Below, piece by piece: positions 9,583 through 21,876 of a DNA stretch of 64,000 nucleotides; within the stretch, counting starts at the first letter, position 1, and every line of letters starts with the position of its first letter. The position numbers and the translations under genes were made by a program. Source of the stretch: Chloroflexota bacterium (GTDB taxonomy: Bacteria > Chloroflexota > UBA11872 > VXOZ01); assembly GCA_964291655.2 (NCBI GenBank), contig OZ219801.1:288001-352000 (forward strand). Direction: 5' to 3'. The notes beneath the pieces are model-generated. The model was not told the origin of the DNA. It saw only the letters and a program-made list of their open reading frames with translations, and made no database searches.

Positions 9583-10557
9583 TTACTGCATCGGTTGCGC
9601 CGCGAGTTCCTGACGAAAGTAAGCAATTGTCTCTGCCAAGCCTTCCTCCAAAGAAACTTCCGGAGTCCAGCCCAACCACGTCCGAGCCTTGGTAATGTCA
9701 GGACGTCGCCTTCTGGGATCATCTGCCGGCAGGGGCTTATGCACAATGGGTACATTGGTGCCGGTCAAGCGCACAATCATGTCGGCAAAATCGCGGATGC
9801 TGCGCTCGTCAGGGTTGCCCAGGTTGAAAATCTCTCCTTGTGTCTCGGCCGTAAACATAGCCGCAGCAATGCCGCGGACCAGATCGCCCACGAAACAGAA
9901 TGAGCGAGTCTGCGTGCCGTCGCCATATATCGAAATCGGTTTTCCCGCCAGCGCCTGCGCGATGAAGTTCGGTACGACCCGACCATCGCGGGGGTCATTT
10001 CGGGGACCGTAGGTGTTGAATATGCGAATTATGCGGGCATCAACCGCGTGCTGACGCACGAACTCCATGGTCAAAGCCTCACCAAAACGCTTTCCCTCGT
10101 CATAGCATGCCCGCGGCCCAACTGGATTGACATTTCCCCAATAAGTTTCGGGCTGAGGATGAACAAGTGGATCGCCGTAGACTTCGGACGTGGAAGCGTA
10201 GAGAAACTTTGCACCGTTTTCCCGTGCCAAGGTAAGCAGATTCTCCGTGCCGACAGAGTTTACTCGCAGCGTCGCAAGGGGGTACTGTAAGTAGCCCTCA
10301 GGGCTGGCGGGGCTCGCTAGATGAAATACCGCCTCTCCCTGCCATGCGATTGGCTCGGTGACGTCGTGGTCTTGGAGAGTAAATCGGTCGTCTTCCGCAA
10401 GATGTGCAACATTCTTGGCACGACCGGTTATGCCGCTATCAACGGCTGTGACCGTGTGTCCTTGGGCGATCAAGTAATCACAGAGATGCGAACCGACAAA
10501 TCCCGCCCCACCTGCGACCAGAATCCTCACTGAATCCACCGCCTCTTCGCTGCTCAC
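9583..10557 (-). CDS. UDP-glucuronate decarboxylase-like NAD-dependent epimerase/dehydratase
   Basis: GGAGFVGSHL, HLASPASP, STSEVYG, YDEGKR, RIFNTYGP. Confidence 0.92.
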   Translation of the reverse strand: MSSEEAVDSVRILVAGGAGFVGSHLCDYLIAQGHTVTAVDSGITGRAKNVAHLAEDDRFTLQDHDVTEPIAWQGEAVFHLASPASPEGYLQYPLATLRVNSVGTENLLTLARENGAKFLYASTSEVYGDPLVHPQPETYWGNVNPVGPRACYDEGKRFGEALTMEFVRQHAVDARIIRIFNTYGPRNDPRDGRVVPNFIAQALAGKPISIYGDGTQTRSFCFVGDLVRGIAAAMFTAETQGEIFNLGNPDERSIRDFADMIVRLTGTNVPIVHKPLPADDPRRRRPDITKARTWLGWTPEVSLEEGLAETIAYFRQELAAQPMQ

Positions 10558-10805
10558 AACGCGCGCTCATTGTAACACGCGCTTAAGCCCCTCGTGACCA
10601 GCTTCAAAATTCGCAACAGTAGGTTGCTGGCAATTGTAAGCATGTTTCCCAAGCGGTTTCCTACGTACCGACCGTTGGCATGCGTTGCTGGTAATCGGCA
10701 GATCACCACATTCCACGAGAAGTGCAGCTGCCCCTCTGCCTCAATCCCTGCCCATTGGATGCGATGGGCTTCAACGATGTCGATACAAGAAAGTGCACGT
10801 GTCGG

Positions 10806-10872
10806 TTGACTCAAAAGGTTCAGGGGTGTTACTATGATCTTTGCCTGTTTTTACACAGGCGGCTCCTTAACA
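10806..10872 (+). promoter_or_regulatory. 16S rRNA promoter and boxA-like element
   Basis: TTGACT (10806)-18 bp-TACTAT (10830) with TG extension; GCTCCTTAACA at ~10862. Confidence 0.7.
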
Positions 10873-10965
10873 GGTGAAGAGTGATGAAGGTAAGAGTGTT
10901 TATCGTAGGAGAGTTAGGCGCGAACATTTCGGGATACGGCGGTACTTTTTTTCTGTTATCGCTTT

Positions 10966-12499
<1,534 letters not shown>

Positions 12500-12619
12500 T
12501 AGGGTTTTTTACCCATTCCCGCCTATCCCTTGTTCACATACTCTCTCCTTACAAACACCCCCCTTCATCACCCTCCACCTGCTAATACCCGCCTCACTCC
12601 TACACTTACTCCAACGAAT

Positions 12620-12654
12620 GAAACCCCCTCCATGAGGAGGGGTCTTTCAATTTT
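12620..12654 (+). terminator. Intrinsic terminator after 16S
   Basis: GAAACCCCCTC-catgag-GAGGGGTCTTTC followed by AATTTT. Confidence 0.65.
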
Positions 12655-12952
12655 GACGCGAAGAACCCCTACACTTCTCGCGACGAAACATGAGTGGCCT
12701 TGCTAGGCTATTCAGTGAATCCCAATCGCGGGCACTCCACCTCAAGCCGTCAGCTCACTTTCGCCTAAACCCTTGCCCAAGCCGTCAACTTCACCAGCAT
12801 ATCCGCCGTTAACGGGCTTGGCGCATGGCTTCAATCTGCCTGCCGCGCCCTGCGCGGCACAGTTGCACACACCTTCAGGCTGCGCTATATTCCTTCTGTG
12901 CCTTGGGTCTCGCGCCGTCCCCAAAGACGCAACGGACGTGCAGTGGGGCGGG

Positions 12953-12961
12953 TGGTATAAT
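12953..12961 (+). promoter_or_regulatory. Extended -10 promoter for the tRNA pair
   Basis: TGGTATAAT ~33 bp upstream of tRNA-Ile. Confidence 0.65.
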
Positions 12962-12993
12962 AGGGGATGAATCGGCGAACCCTGGCAGTTTGC

Positions 12994-13070
12994 GGGCCAC
13001 TAGCTCAGTTGGTTAGAGCGCGCCCCTGATAAGGGCGAGGTCTGTGGTTCAAATCCACAGTGGCCCACCA
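12994..13070 (+). tRNA. tRNA-Ile(GAT)
   Basis: Cloverleaf GGGCCAC...CTGATAA...TTCAAAT...GTGGCCC-ACCA. Confidence 0.97.
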
Positions 13071-13125
13071 TTGCAAGCAAAATCGGCTTCGCGCTGGTGT
13101 TGCGTTTCTGGTCTGATCGCCGCAC

Positions 13126-13201
13126 GGGGATGTAGCTCAGTTGGGAGAGCACCTCCTTTGCAAGGAGGGGGTCAGGAGTTCGAGTCTCCTCATCTCCACC
13201 A
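13126..13201 (+). tRNA. tRNA-Ala(TGC)
   Basis: GGGGATG...TTTGCAA...TTCGAGT...CATCTCC-ACCA; G3-U70 pair. Confidence 0.97.
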
Positions 13202-13500
13202 TCCCGGCACAAGAATAGCTCGGCGGAATTCTAATATGCAGGCAGGCGCAAAATTCCGCAATGGCGTTGCCGTCACACCCTTGAAGTCAAGCCCTGGGCT
13301 GCTATGAGCCGAGTGGAGTCAGTTAACGCACGCTCGCGCGGCAGGGCTTGCCCGGTTGCTTCTGTTAGTCTTGCCGCAGGCGAGCCCCAGGGTTGGATGG
13401 AGCGCCGCGTTGTCGCCGCCCGAATCGTCTTGGAAGTCCGCCAGCTCGGCAGGCCTGGCTTGACTATCTCAGACTGCCACAACATGCGAGGCTATGCGCC

Positions 13501-14613
13501 ATGCTGAATTTACCTCATGCCGATGTCGTTGGGAGCCTGATTAGACCACCGGAGCTCCTCGCTGCGCGGGAGGAATTTGCGGCCGGGCGCATTTCGCCCG
13601 CGGCATTCAAGCGCGCCGAGGACGCCGCGGTCGATAGCGCCGTTGCTGCTCAGGAGGACGCCGGACTTGAGATCCTCACCGACGGCGAAATGCGCCGGCT
13701 CTCGTTCCAGAGTCAGATGCCCGAGGCGGTCGCCGGCTTTGGCGAATTCGATATTGACGCGTTCCTCTGGGGCGATTGGCAGGGCGACGAACGGGTAGGG
13801 GACTCGCGCACGGAGCGTCCCGCGACGCTGGGTGTCGTCGGGCGCCTCGAACGGAAGCGACACCTGTCAGCGGAGGAGTTCACCTACCTGCGCGGCCACA
13901 CCACGCGCATTGCCAAGGTGACACTGCCCAGCCCCAGCCTGTTCGCCAACTTCTGGTCGCCGGTGCAGTCCGCCGCAGCCTACCCCACGCTGGATGCGTT
14001 CTTGGCCGATGTGGCACAGATCGTCCGTGGAGAGATCGCAGAGTTGATCAGGCTGGGGGCGACCTACATCCAACTCGACGCGCCGCACTACCCGCTCGTG
14101 CTCGATCCGGCATGGGCGGCCTTCTACGCGGCCCAGGGTTCGTCCGCGGAGGACTGGATCGCCCAGGGCGTCGAGCTGGACAACGCCGTGATGGACGGTT
14201 TCTCGGAAGTAGTGTTCGCGGTCCACCTCTGCCGCGGGAACCAGGGCGGCCGTTGGCTGGTCGAAGGCAGTTACGACCGGATTGTCGAGCCGGTTCTCCA
14301 GCGCATAAACGCGCAGCGGCTGATGCTGGAATACGACGACCCCCGCTCCGGCTCCTTCGAGCCTTTGCGCGAGGTGCCCGACGACAAGCTCGTAGCGTTG
14401 GGGCTGGTCACGACCAAGTCCCCGGAGGCTGAGAACGTGTCCGAGCTGGAGTCTCGAATCGCCGAGGCTGCCCGCCACTTCCCCCTGGAGCAACTGGCCA
14501 TCAGTCCGCAGTGCGGGTTCGCATCATCCATCGTCGGCAATCCGCTCTCAATCGCGCAGCAGAACGCCAAACTCCGCATCGTCGCCGAGACCGCCCGCAA
14601 CGTCTGGAGGTAG
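13501..14613 (+). CDS. Cobalamin-independent methionine synthase II family protein
   Basis: HADVVGSL, TDGEMRR, HLCRGN, LEYD, SPQCGFAS. Confidence 0.9.
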   Translation: MLNLPHADVVGSLIRPPELLAAREEFAAGRISPAAFKRAEDAAVDSAVAAQEDAGLEILTDGEMRRLSFQSQMPEAVAGFGEFDIDAFLWGDWQGDERVGDSRTERPATLGVVGRLERKRHLSAEEFTYLRGHTTRIAKVTLPSPSLFANFWSPVQSAAAYPTLDAFLADVAQIVRGEIAELIRLGATYIQLDAPHYPLVLDPAWAAFYAAQGSSAEDWIAQGVELDNAVMDGFSEVVFAVHLCRGNQGGRWLVEGSYDRIVEPVLQRINAQRLMLEYDDPRSGSFEPLREVPDDKLVALGLVTTKSPEAENVSELESRIAEAARHFPLEQLAISPQCGFASSIVGNPLSIAQQNAKLRIVAETARNVWR

Positions 14614-14774
14614 ACTCTCCCGCGATGTTTGCCGTCGACTTACAGAGCGTCCCATTCCCGGTGCCGTAACCTGGCCTGGTTAGTAGCTTCCCCCACCGTG
14701 AACCAATTAGCTTGGATTTCCCCATCGGTGCAGCTACAATTACGCGAGAGACTAGCAAGACAGGAGTTCCTTCA

Positions 14775-15368
14775 ATGGGAGTCCGGTTAGTCGCGGGCCT
14801 GCGGCAGCAACCACCGGCATTTTGGATCAATGTGGCAGTGAAGATCATCTTGATCTCTCTGCTTGCATTCGGTGCCTTCTCCGGACTGCAGCAACTTGAA
14901 GGCAAGGCGTTCATTTGGCGCCTGGCCACTTATCCAATTGCCGCCTTTGTAGTCCCAGTAATCTGGGCAATGCGCGCGCGAGATACCGCGTACCCGTACG
15001 CCGCCGACATCCTGCTCACGCTGCCGTTCCTCATCGACACCGCCGGCAATGCCGTGGACTTCTACGACTCCATCTGGTGGTGGGACGACGTGAACCACCT
15101 CGTAAACTGGGCGCTGCTCTCCGGCGCCGTCGGGTCTTTGGCGTGGAGAAATGACGTTCGCCCCTGGCAAACCATCGCGTATGTCGTGGGCTTTGGCGCG
15201 GTTACGGCGATCCTGTGGGAGGTCGCGGAGTACTTTTCGTTTATTCGCTTCTCGGAAGAGCTTGCAACAGCCTACGTGGACACCTTGGGGGACATGACAC
15301 TGGGTCTCGCCGGCTCGGTCGTGGCCGGCCTGATAGCCGCCCTGTCACCCCGCCGCCAACAAGCGTAG
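14775..15368 (+). CDS. Integral membrane protein (DUF2238/YjdF-like)
   Basis: Several TM segments; YD..WWWDD..H, WEVAEY, DTLGD; AGGAG RBS. Confidence 0.65.
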   Translation: MGVRLVAGLRQQPPAFWINVAVKIILISLLAFGAFSGLQQLEGKAFIWRLATYPIAAFVVPVIWAMRARDTAYPYAADILLTLPFLIDTAGNAVDFYDSIWWWDDVNHLVNWALLSGAVGSLAWRNDVRPWQTIAYVVGFGAVTAILWEVAEYFSFIRFSEELATAYVDTLGDMTLGLAGSVVAGLIAALSPRRQQA

Positions 15369-15629
15369 TCGACTCGACCCAGGCCTCGCTGTGCAGACCC
15401 AAGCGTCCCTATGGCACGGTCGCTCCCATCCCGCCGTCATCCTCGTAACCCATGAACGCTGGCACGCAGCCCCCATCCTCTGCCACGCTTTCGGATGTAC
15501 AATGGTAAGGGATTGGGCGAGGTAGAGGATGCGAACTCTTAATCACGTATTGTGCCGTTATGTAGACTGGGGTCGGCCCGCCTTACGAGCCGAGCATTAT
15601 AGTCCTTAGACGATTTGCCGGAGGGCAAT

Positions 15630-16640
15630 GTGGCGCAGTTTAAGATTGTGGCCTGGGGACGTGCCAACGTGCCCGGCGATTACACATGCGAGCTGGAGGC
15701 CTTGCAGGGCGTTGCTGCCCAGGTCGTGGAAGTCATCGCAGAGACAGACGAGGAGTTTCTGGAACTAGCGCAGGACGCCGACGCCATCATCCTGAGTGGG
15801 CATGGGCTTTCGGAAAAGGTGATCAATGGCCTCAAGCAGTGCAGAATTGTCGCATTGGACAGCGTGGGCACCAATCACGTCGCGGTTGCGGCAGCCACAG
15901 CCAAGGGCATTCCGGTAACCAACTGCCCGGATATCAATGTCCAGGAGGTCGCAGAGCACACGGTAACCCTCATCCTGGCCGCTCATCGCCGCCTGCTGCT
16001 CATGGACAAGACGGTACGGGAAGGGATCTGGTGGGAGGGGCATGCGCCTATGCGTCAGTTGCCCCGGCTGTTCGGTCAGACGCTTGGACTTATTTCCTTT
16101 GGCAACATTCCAAGGTCCGTTGTGCCGTTAGTAAAGCCGTTCGGCCTCCGTCTTCTCGCCCACGATCCTTTCGTCATGGAGACCCTCATGATTCAATACG
16201 GCGTGGAGCCGGTTGGACTCACAGAGCTATTGCAGCGGTCGGATATCATCGCCAACCATCTCCCAGGATCCGCCGGCACCACCAAGATGATTGGTGAGGA
16301 GCAGTTCAGGCTCATGAAGCCCACTGCCATATTCGTAAATACGGGCAGAGGCACGACCGTAGACGAGGCGGCGATGATTCGGGCGCTGGACGAAGGCTGG
16401 ATAGCGCACGCCGCGCTGGACGTGCTGGCAAGAGAACCACCCGATCCCCAGAATCCCCTTTTCAGCATGGAGAATGTCACGTTGACGCCTCACGTGGCTT
16501 CCGCGTCATCCAGGGTTCTCGCCGTGAGCAAGCGTCGGATGGGATTGGAGATCGCATTGGTGTTGAGCGGCCGTTGGCCCCTCTCTTGTGTCAATCCATC
16601 GGTGCTGGCCGGCTCGGGCCTGCTGAAATGGCAATCCTGA
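15630..16640 (+). CDS. D-2-hydroxyacid dehydrogenase (CtBP-like)
   Basis: EVAEH, NTGRG, ALDVL..EP, TPHVA. Confidence 0.9.
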   Translation: MAQFKIVAWGRANVPGDYTCELEALQGVAAQVVEVIAETDEEFLELAQDADAIILSGHGLSEKVINGLKQCRIVALDSVGTNHVAVAAATAKGIPVTNCPDINVQEVAEHTVTLILAAHRRLLLMDKTVREGIWWEGHAPMRQLPRLFGQTLGLISFGNIPRSVVPLVKPFGLRLLAHDPFVMETLMIQYGVEPVGLTELLQRSDIIANHLPGSAGTTKMIGEEQFRLMKPTAIFVNTGRGTTVDEAAMIRALDEGWIAHAALDVLAREPPDPQNPLFSMENVTLTPHVASASSRVLAVSKRRMGLEIALVLSGRWPLSCVNPSVLAGSGLLKWQS

Positions 16641-16735
16641 GCCCGGACCGTGCATTTCTCATGCAACTATTCTGATTGTCTGTCCGGGTCATGCCCTCCG
16701 CTGGGTAGCCCTTGAGAACCTAAAGGTGAAACATC

Positions 16736-18376
16736 ATGAATGTGCTGGAGACCGTCGCCGGAATATTGAAGGCTGAAGGTGTGGAGTGGGTCTCGTGTTT
16801 CCCCTCCAACGAGTTGATTGAGGCAGTTGCCAGGGAAGGCATCCGCACCATCATGTTCCGGCAGGAGCGCGGCGCTATCATGGCCGCCGACGGTTTCAGC
16901 CGTGTCAATGACCGCAACAGATTCGGTGTGGCAATTACCCAGGGAGGCCCCGGTGGGGAGAATTCCATGGGCGGCCTCGCGCAAGCGTTCGCTGACAATG
17001 TGCCCATCCTCTACCTCACGGCAGGCCCACCCCTCAGCCGGTACGCGGTGCGACCCGATTTCTCGCCTGTGCGCACCTACCAAACCGTCTCTAAACGCGG
17101 TGAGGTCATCGCTGACCCCAGCCAGGTCACTAGCACCATGCGCCGGGCCTTTCATGCGCTGCGCAACGGTCCTCCCGGCCCGGTGATAGTTGAGATCCCA
17201 AGTGATATGGACGATCAGGAGGTACCGGAGGCAACGGCGCACTATCAGCCGCCCCGCAGGTCGTCGCAACAGCCGGCAAGCAACGGCATCAAGGAAGCTG
17301 TGGGGCTGCTCCTGAACGCCAAGCGGCCGGTCATCTGGTCGGGAATGGGCGTGCTGTTCTCCGGTGCAACCGAGGAACTGCAGGAGTTGGCAGAGCTTAC
17401 GCAGATACCGGTGTATTGCACCATGCCCGGCAAGTCTTCCTTTGATGAACGCCATCCTCTTGCGCTCGGTTCGGGCAGTCTCGCTACGACATTGCCTGCC
17501 CATCGCTGGCTACAGGAATCCGACGTCCTCTTTGCCGTCGGTTCGAGTATGACCAGAACAACCTATGGTCAGCCCATTCCCGACGGCAAGACCATCATCC
17601 ACAACGTCGACCGTATAGAAGACATCAATAAGGATTATTCTGTCGCCGTCGGGCTACCGGGGGACGCCAAACTCACGCTGCAACTGGTGATTGAGGAAGT
17701 GCGGAGTCAGATTGGCGCAACCGGGCGGAAGGACAACTGTCAGGTTTCCACGGAAATCAGTGCGCTGAGAGAGCAATGGCTCGCCGAGTGGCGGCCGCTT
17801 TTGGAGTCCGACGAAGTGCCCATCAACACCTACCGGGTTATCGATGAGCTGGAAAGAACACTGGACAAAGAGAACAGCATTGTTACTCACGATGCCGGCG
17901 CGCCCCGGGACTCCATCATGCCCTTCTACACCGCCACAGTCCCCCACAGCTACATCGGCTGGGGCAAGACGACCCATCTCGGCTTCGGCATCCCGCTCAT
18001 GATTGGCGCCAAACTGGCACGACCCGATAAGTTCTGCCTCAACTTCATGGGGGACGGCGCTTTCGGCATGTCGGGCCTCGACATCGAGACCTCCGTACGG
18101 GCCAACGCCCCGATCACCACGGTGCTCCTCAACAACGGCGACATGGCGACCTATCCGGGAGGCTATCCAGCGGCGCGGGAACGGTTTGAACTCACCAAGA
18201 TGGGCGGCAACTACGCCAAAATCGCAGAGGGCCTGGGCGCCGTAGGCATCACCGTGACAGACCCCGCCGGAATAGCGCCTGCTCTTGTGAAAGCGCAGCA
18301 ACTAAACGCCGACGGCGAAACCGTGCTGCTGGACATACACACCAACATGGAAGGCCGCAGGTCAAAGTTTGACTAG
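16736..18376 (+). CDS. Thiamine pyrophosphate-dependent enzyme (acetolactate synthase-like)
   Basis: RQER..MADG, GPG, GDGAFGM...NN TPP motif. Confidence 0.92.
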   Translation: MNVLETVAGILKAEGVEWVSCFPSNELIEAVAREGIRTIMFRQERGAIMAADGFSRVNDRNRFGVAITQGGPGGENSMGGLAQAFADNVPILYLTAGPPLSRYAVRPDFSPVRTYQTVSKRGEVIADPSQVTSTMRRAFHALRNGPPGPVIVEIPSDMDDQEVPEATAHYQPPRRSSQQPASNGIKEAVGLLLNAKRPVIWSGMGVLFSGATEELQELAELTQIPVYCTMPGKSSFDERHPLALGSGSLATTLPAHRWLQESDVLFAVGSSMTRTTYGQPIPDGKTIIHNVDRIEDINKDYSVAVGLPGDAKLTLQLVIEEVRSQIGATGRKDNCQVSTEISALREQWLAEWRPLLESDEVPINTYRVIDELERTLDKENSIVTHDAGAPRDSIMPFYTATVPHSYIGWGKTTHLGFGIPLMIGAKLARPDKFCLNFMGDGAFGMSGLDIETSVRANAPITTVLLNNGDMATYPGGYPAARERFELTKMGGNYAKIAEGLGAVGITVTDPAGIAPALVKAQQLNADGETVLLDIHTNMEGRRSKFD

Positions 18377-18387
18377 CAGACTCTGGA

Positions 18388-18942
18388 ATGCTGAGATTTG
18401 GGGCCATTCCTTTAAAGACTATAGGACGAGGACTTGTGGGTAGCAGGATTCGGCTTCCACACGAAGGCGAGGAGATCGACCGTCTCATTCGCCAGATCAG
18501 GGAAGCGGTTCAAGAGAAACGAACAACAGTAGTTGCCGGCGTCAAAGTGACATACTCGATTTGCGACCCATGGCCCCAAGGCATGGATTCGGCTTTGTAC
18601 GACCAAGATGGCAACATCTACTTGCCAGTAGAGCACGTACGGTCAAATCCCATCTCTGCCGATCTCACTGCATTCCACGAGCACACTGAAGTCCGCCACA
18701 AGCTTGCTGGCAGGGCCCACGGCTACGCCCACCATCGGGCATTGCTCCTTGAGTTTCTGGCTGCCAAGGACGTATACGACGCGGACGGACTATGTGATTA
18801 CGTCCACCGTAGGGTGTTCTCCTACCCAGACTGGAAGATCCCGAACAAGAGCGCAATTAAGGAAAGGCTATGCGAGCTTCTCTTAGCCGATCGACCCATG
18901 AGAGGCAAGCTACTTCGCGTCTTTACCGCGGCAAGGATGTAG
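18388..18942 (+). CDS. Hypothetical protein with possible metal-binding HExxE...H motif
   Basis: 184-aa ORF 11 bp after the TPP gene; AFHEHTE...GYAHHRA. Confidence 0.55.
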   Translation: MLRFGAIPLKTIGRGLVGSRIRLPHEGEEIDRLIRQIREAVQEKRTTVVAGVKVTYSICDPWPQGMDSALYDQDGNIYLPVEHVRSNPISADLTAFHEHTEVRHKLAGRAHGYAHHRALLLEFLAAKDVYDADGLCDYVHRRVFSYPDWKIPNKSAIKERLCELLLADRPMRGKLLRVFTAARM

Positions 18943-19105
18943 GCCATGCGAATTCTCTGGGCAAGTACGGCGAAGCTCAATGCATGCAGACAAGGTCAGC
19001 GGATTGCGAAGAACGCTTTCCCCAGCAGAATTGGGTAGAGTCGGTAGGGCGCCAGAACGCAATCCGGCTCCTCATTCCCCAATTCAGCGTCGACAGCGAT
19101 TGGAC

Positions 19106-19167
19106 ATCACGTCACAAGCTGACCGACTCCAACGGATAGGTCTCTAGCGGTCAGCTTGTGACGTGAT
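19106..19167. repeat. Perfect 20-bp inverted repeat with 22-nt spacer
   Basis: ATCACGTCACAAGCTGACCG ... CGGTCAGCTTGTGACGTGAT. Confidence 0.85.
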
Positions 19168-19726
19168 CGCATCCTCAAAATGACGGGCAGCTTTCTCAAA
19201 CTTGTCGCGGCAATCGGATTGCAAACCCCAACAACATGGCCGCAATACTCGTTGAGAGAATCGGCCCGCACAGGTTGGCCCGACTAAGGACACGTTACAT
19301 CAATGCAGTCGTCGATTTCGAGAACTCGCACTGTTCCATCCTTCGTTTGGCAGGAGCTGACCTGCAGCAGGGGAAGACAATCCTGGGCACGGCTATTCTG
19401 GCGAGATTTGGCTTCGTGCGCAAGCTATGCGCCGGTCTGAATCCCCGGTATCACTCTAGCCGGCGTGCCCTCTTCCGTACCAGAGAAGACATTAATGCAA
19501 GGACAAAGCATGCGGCGTCTCCATGAAATCGCAGACCGTCTTGGAGTAGTGAAGACCGGGCCCAATGGAAACCGGCGCAGTGGGTGGGGCGAGGGAACAC
19601 CCCATGCGCGGGGCGTGGCTGGCGGTCGATTTGACATGTACCTGCAAGTCAAAATACGGTGTGGGCAAGGGGCACATGTCGTGATGCCCTTCTATATAGG
19701 TCACCCTGAAAGGATCAGAGCAAGCA

Positions 19727-20368
19727 ATGGAATCTGATTACGAGAGATACCTCAGCGCTTTAGAGCGCTCCGTGTCGTACTTGGAGAGAGACGGCAAGTC
19801 CGCGAACGCGGTTACACTTGCCCGCAGCTTCGCAACGACGCCCGCAGACCTCTGGGACGCCGTCACAAACAAGGAGCGCATCCCGCGCTGGTTCTCGGGG
19901 ATCAGCGGAGACTTAGAGCTTGGGGGGAAATTTCAGATCGAAGGCAACGCGAGCTGTACGATTACGGCGTGCGAGCCGCAAGCGCATTTTGCCCTCACCT
20001 GGGAGTTTGCCGGGGACGTGAGCTGGGTGGAGGTGAGTCTATCGGAAACTGGAAGTGGGAGCGTGCAACTGTCACTCACGCACACTGCGCTGCTATCGCC
20101 GTTTTGGGACCAATACGGTCCGGGAGCGGTCGGCGTGGGCTGGGAGACGGCTTTCCTGGGACTCACCCTCCTTCTCGAACAGCCGGGCTGGACCAAGCCG
20201 GACGAAATGGAGTTTGCCACTTCAGCGGAAGGTAAAGCCTTCATCACCGGCAGCAGCGAGGGCTGGGCTCAAGCGTCAATTGCAGCCGGAACAGACACCG
20301 AGAAGGCGCACGCCGCGGCACGGAACACCACCGCGTTCTACACTGGCACGGAAGCTAGCCCCTCCTAA
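19727..20368 (+). CDS. SRPBCC/AHSA1 domain protein
   Basis: LWDAVT..ERIPRWF, GDLELGG, GPGAVGVGW. Confidence 0.85.
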   Translation: MESDYERYLSALERSVSYLERDGKSANAVTLARSFATTPADLWDAVTNKERIPRWFSGISGDLELGGKFQIEGNASCTITACEPQAHFALTWEFAGDVSWVEVSLSETGSGSVQLSLTHTALLSPFWDQYGPGAVGVGWETAFLGLTLLLEQPGWTKPDEMEFATSAEGKAFITGSSEGWAQASIAAGTDTEKAHAAARNTTAFYTGTEASPS

Positions 20369-20470
20369 TGCGAGGGTAGCTGAGCTCATCCACAGCGTTA
20401 CTCATTCCTGCATGGACGGAATGCCGTACCAATGGTGCCCTGCTGCTACACGCAACTGTCCTTTGGAAAG

Positions 20471-20913
20471 CTAAGGATTAAGGCGCAACGTCACATAGGT
20501 TACGACCGTTGAGGTAATGAGGCTTAATAGGCCTCCAATGAGAATGTCCACAGGCACCAGGATCCCGGTCCACGTGGCAAGCATCAAAAAGATCGGCACA
20601 ATGTACGTGGCGTAGGCCGCGCAGCCCAGCACAAAGCTGTTCTGCACGCCTTGCGCAGGTTGCGCTCCTTTACTGCCGGCTCAATTGCCAGGTAGCTATT
20701 GGCGAGGGCAATCAGCAAGAGAAACGCCAGCAGCGAGACGAACTCACCCCCACCCCACGTATCCGGCTGCTTCCCAAAGCTATCAAAGAGCACATTGTTG
20801 CCGCTTTCCACATACAGACTCTCGTACATGTTCTGCGCAATAGGCGAGAAGTTCCAACCTATGTCAACAACCGTGTATACGACGAATGCGGCTATGAATC
20901 TGACGAAATGCAT
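20471..20913 (-). pseudogene. Frameshifted DUF2177-like membrane protein
   Basis: Restoring one G near 20648 (GCG GTG) continues ...ERNLRKAVQNSFVLGCAAYATY...VDILIGGLLS...LNP* to the stop at 20471. Confidence 0.65.
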
Positions 20914-21149
20914 ACACACTTCTATTCTTGTCTCTGTTCAGTCACAAGCCCCAAGCGTAAGTCCCAACATTGATGGTCAGCCTGCAAGCTCTATAGTCTT
21001 GGCGCGGGCACGAAAAACCTGAGATCTCTGGGCAAATGGTGAGCAGCCAGCACACTTACGAATCAGATGTCTATGCAATATACTGAGCTTGAGCAACGAA
21101 TACGGTCGGTGCCGCACCGCAGAATCTTCGGAGAGTTCAGGAGGGATTA

Positions 21150-21797
21150 GTGCTGACTTCACTTGCCGGGCATGGGAGACCTAGCTTCAGATTTGCGCCC
21201 ATGTGTGTGGTGTTGCTTGCTTTCATGTTTAGTTTCGTTTGGTTTTTCGTATCAGCAGGGCAAGTGTACGCCTGCAAGTGTGCAGAACCTGGTCCGCCTA
21301 CGGAAGAGTTGGCAAATTTTGACGCAGTCTTCGTGGGCAAGGTCTTAGTGGTGCAGCACTCGTACGACCTAGAAGGAAAGACTGTCACCCCGGAGGACCG
21401 CTCCACCATCGGCTTCGAGGTAAGCACCGTGTGGAAGGGCGCCGTGCATGAGGTGATGTATATCACGACGCCCCCGACCGGCGGCAGTTGCGGGTATACG
21501 TTTGTTGAAGGCGAGGAATACTTCGTCTATGCGTCCGACAGCAACTATGGCGACGACAGCTATACGGCGAGTATTTGCAGCCGCACCGCCCTCCTGAGTG
21601 CCGCGCAAGCCGACCTCGACGCGCTGGGAGAAAGGGAAGCCCCGCAAGCGGGGACGAAAGGACCGGCACCCACAGACTCTGAAGACACTGCAACCGGCAT
21701 CAGCGCAGGTTGGGTCTTTGCCCTTGTCCTTGCCGCGGCCATGTTCCTCGTGGGGGCAGGCGGTTTCGTGGCGTATGCCAGACTTGGGCGCGAATAG
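21150..21797 (+). CDS. Membrane-anchored TIMP/NTR-fold-like protein
   Basis: Signal peptide ending VYA-CKC, FVGKV, WKG, SCGYTF..GEEY.VYA, CSRT, C-terminal TM. Confidence 0.7.
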   Translation: MLTSLAGHGRPSFRFAPMCVVLLAFMFSFVWFFVSAGQVYACKCAEPGPPTEELANFDAVFVGKVLVVQHSYDLEGKTVTPEDRSTIGFEVSTVWKGAVHEVMYITTPPTGGSCGYTFVEGEEYFVYASDSNYGDDSYTASICSRTALLSAAQADLDALGEREAPQAGTKGPAPTDSEDTATGISAGWVFALVLAAAMFLVGAGGFVAYARLGRE

Positions 21798-21876
21798 GTT
21801 GCGCACCTTGCGCAATGTGCCTTTCGCAAGAGGGCCCTAGGCGAAACAATGGATTGCGAAAACTTGGAGGCACATC

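Noticed and set aside
15541-15568. dif-like site (TTATGTAGACT arm)
   Set aside because: The right arm is one mismatch from the B. subtilis XerD arm, but the left arm and spacer do not fit.
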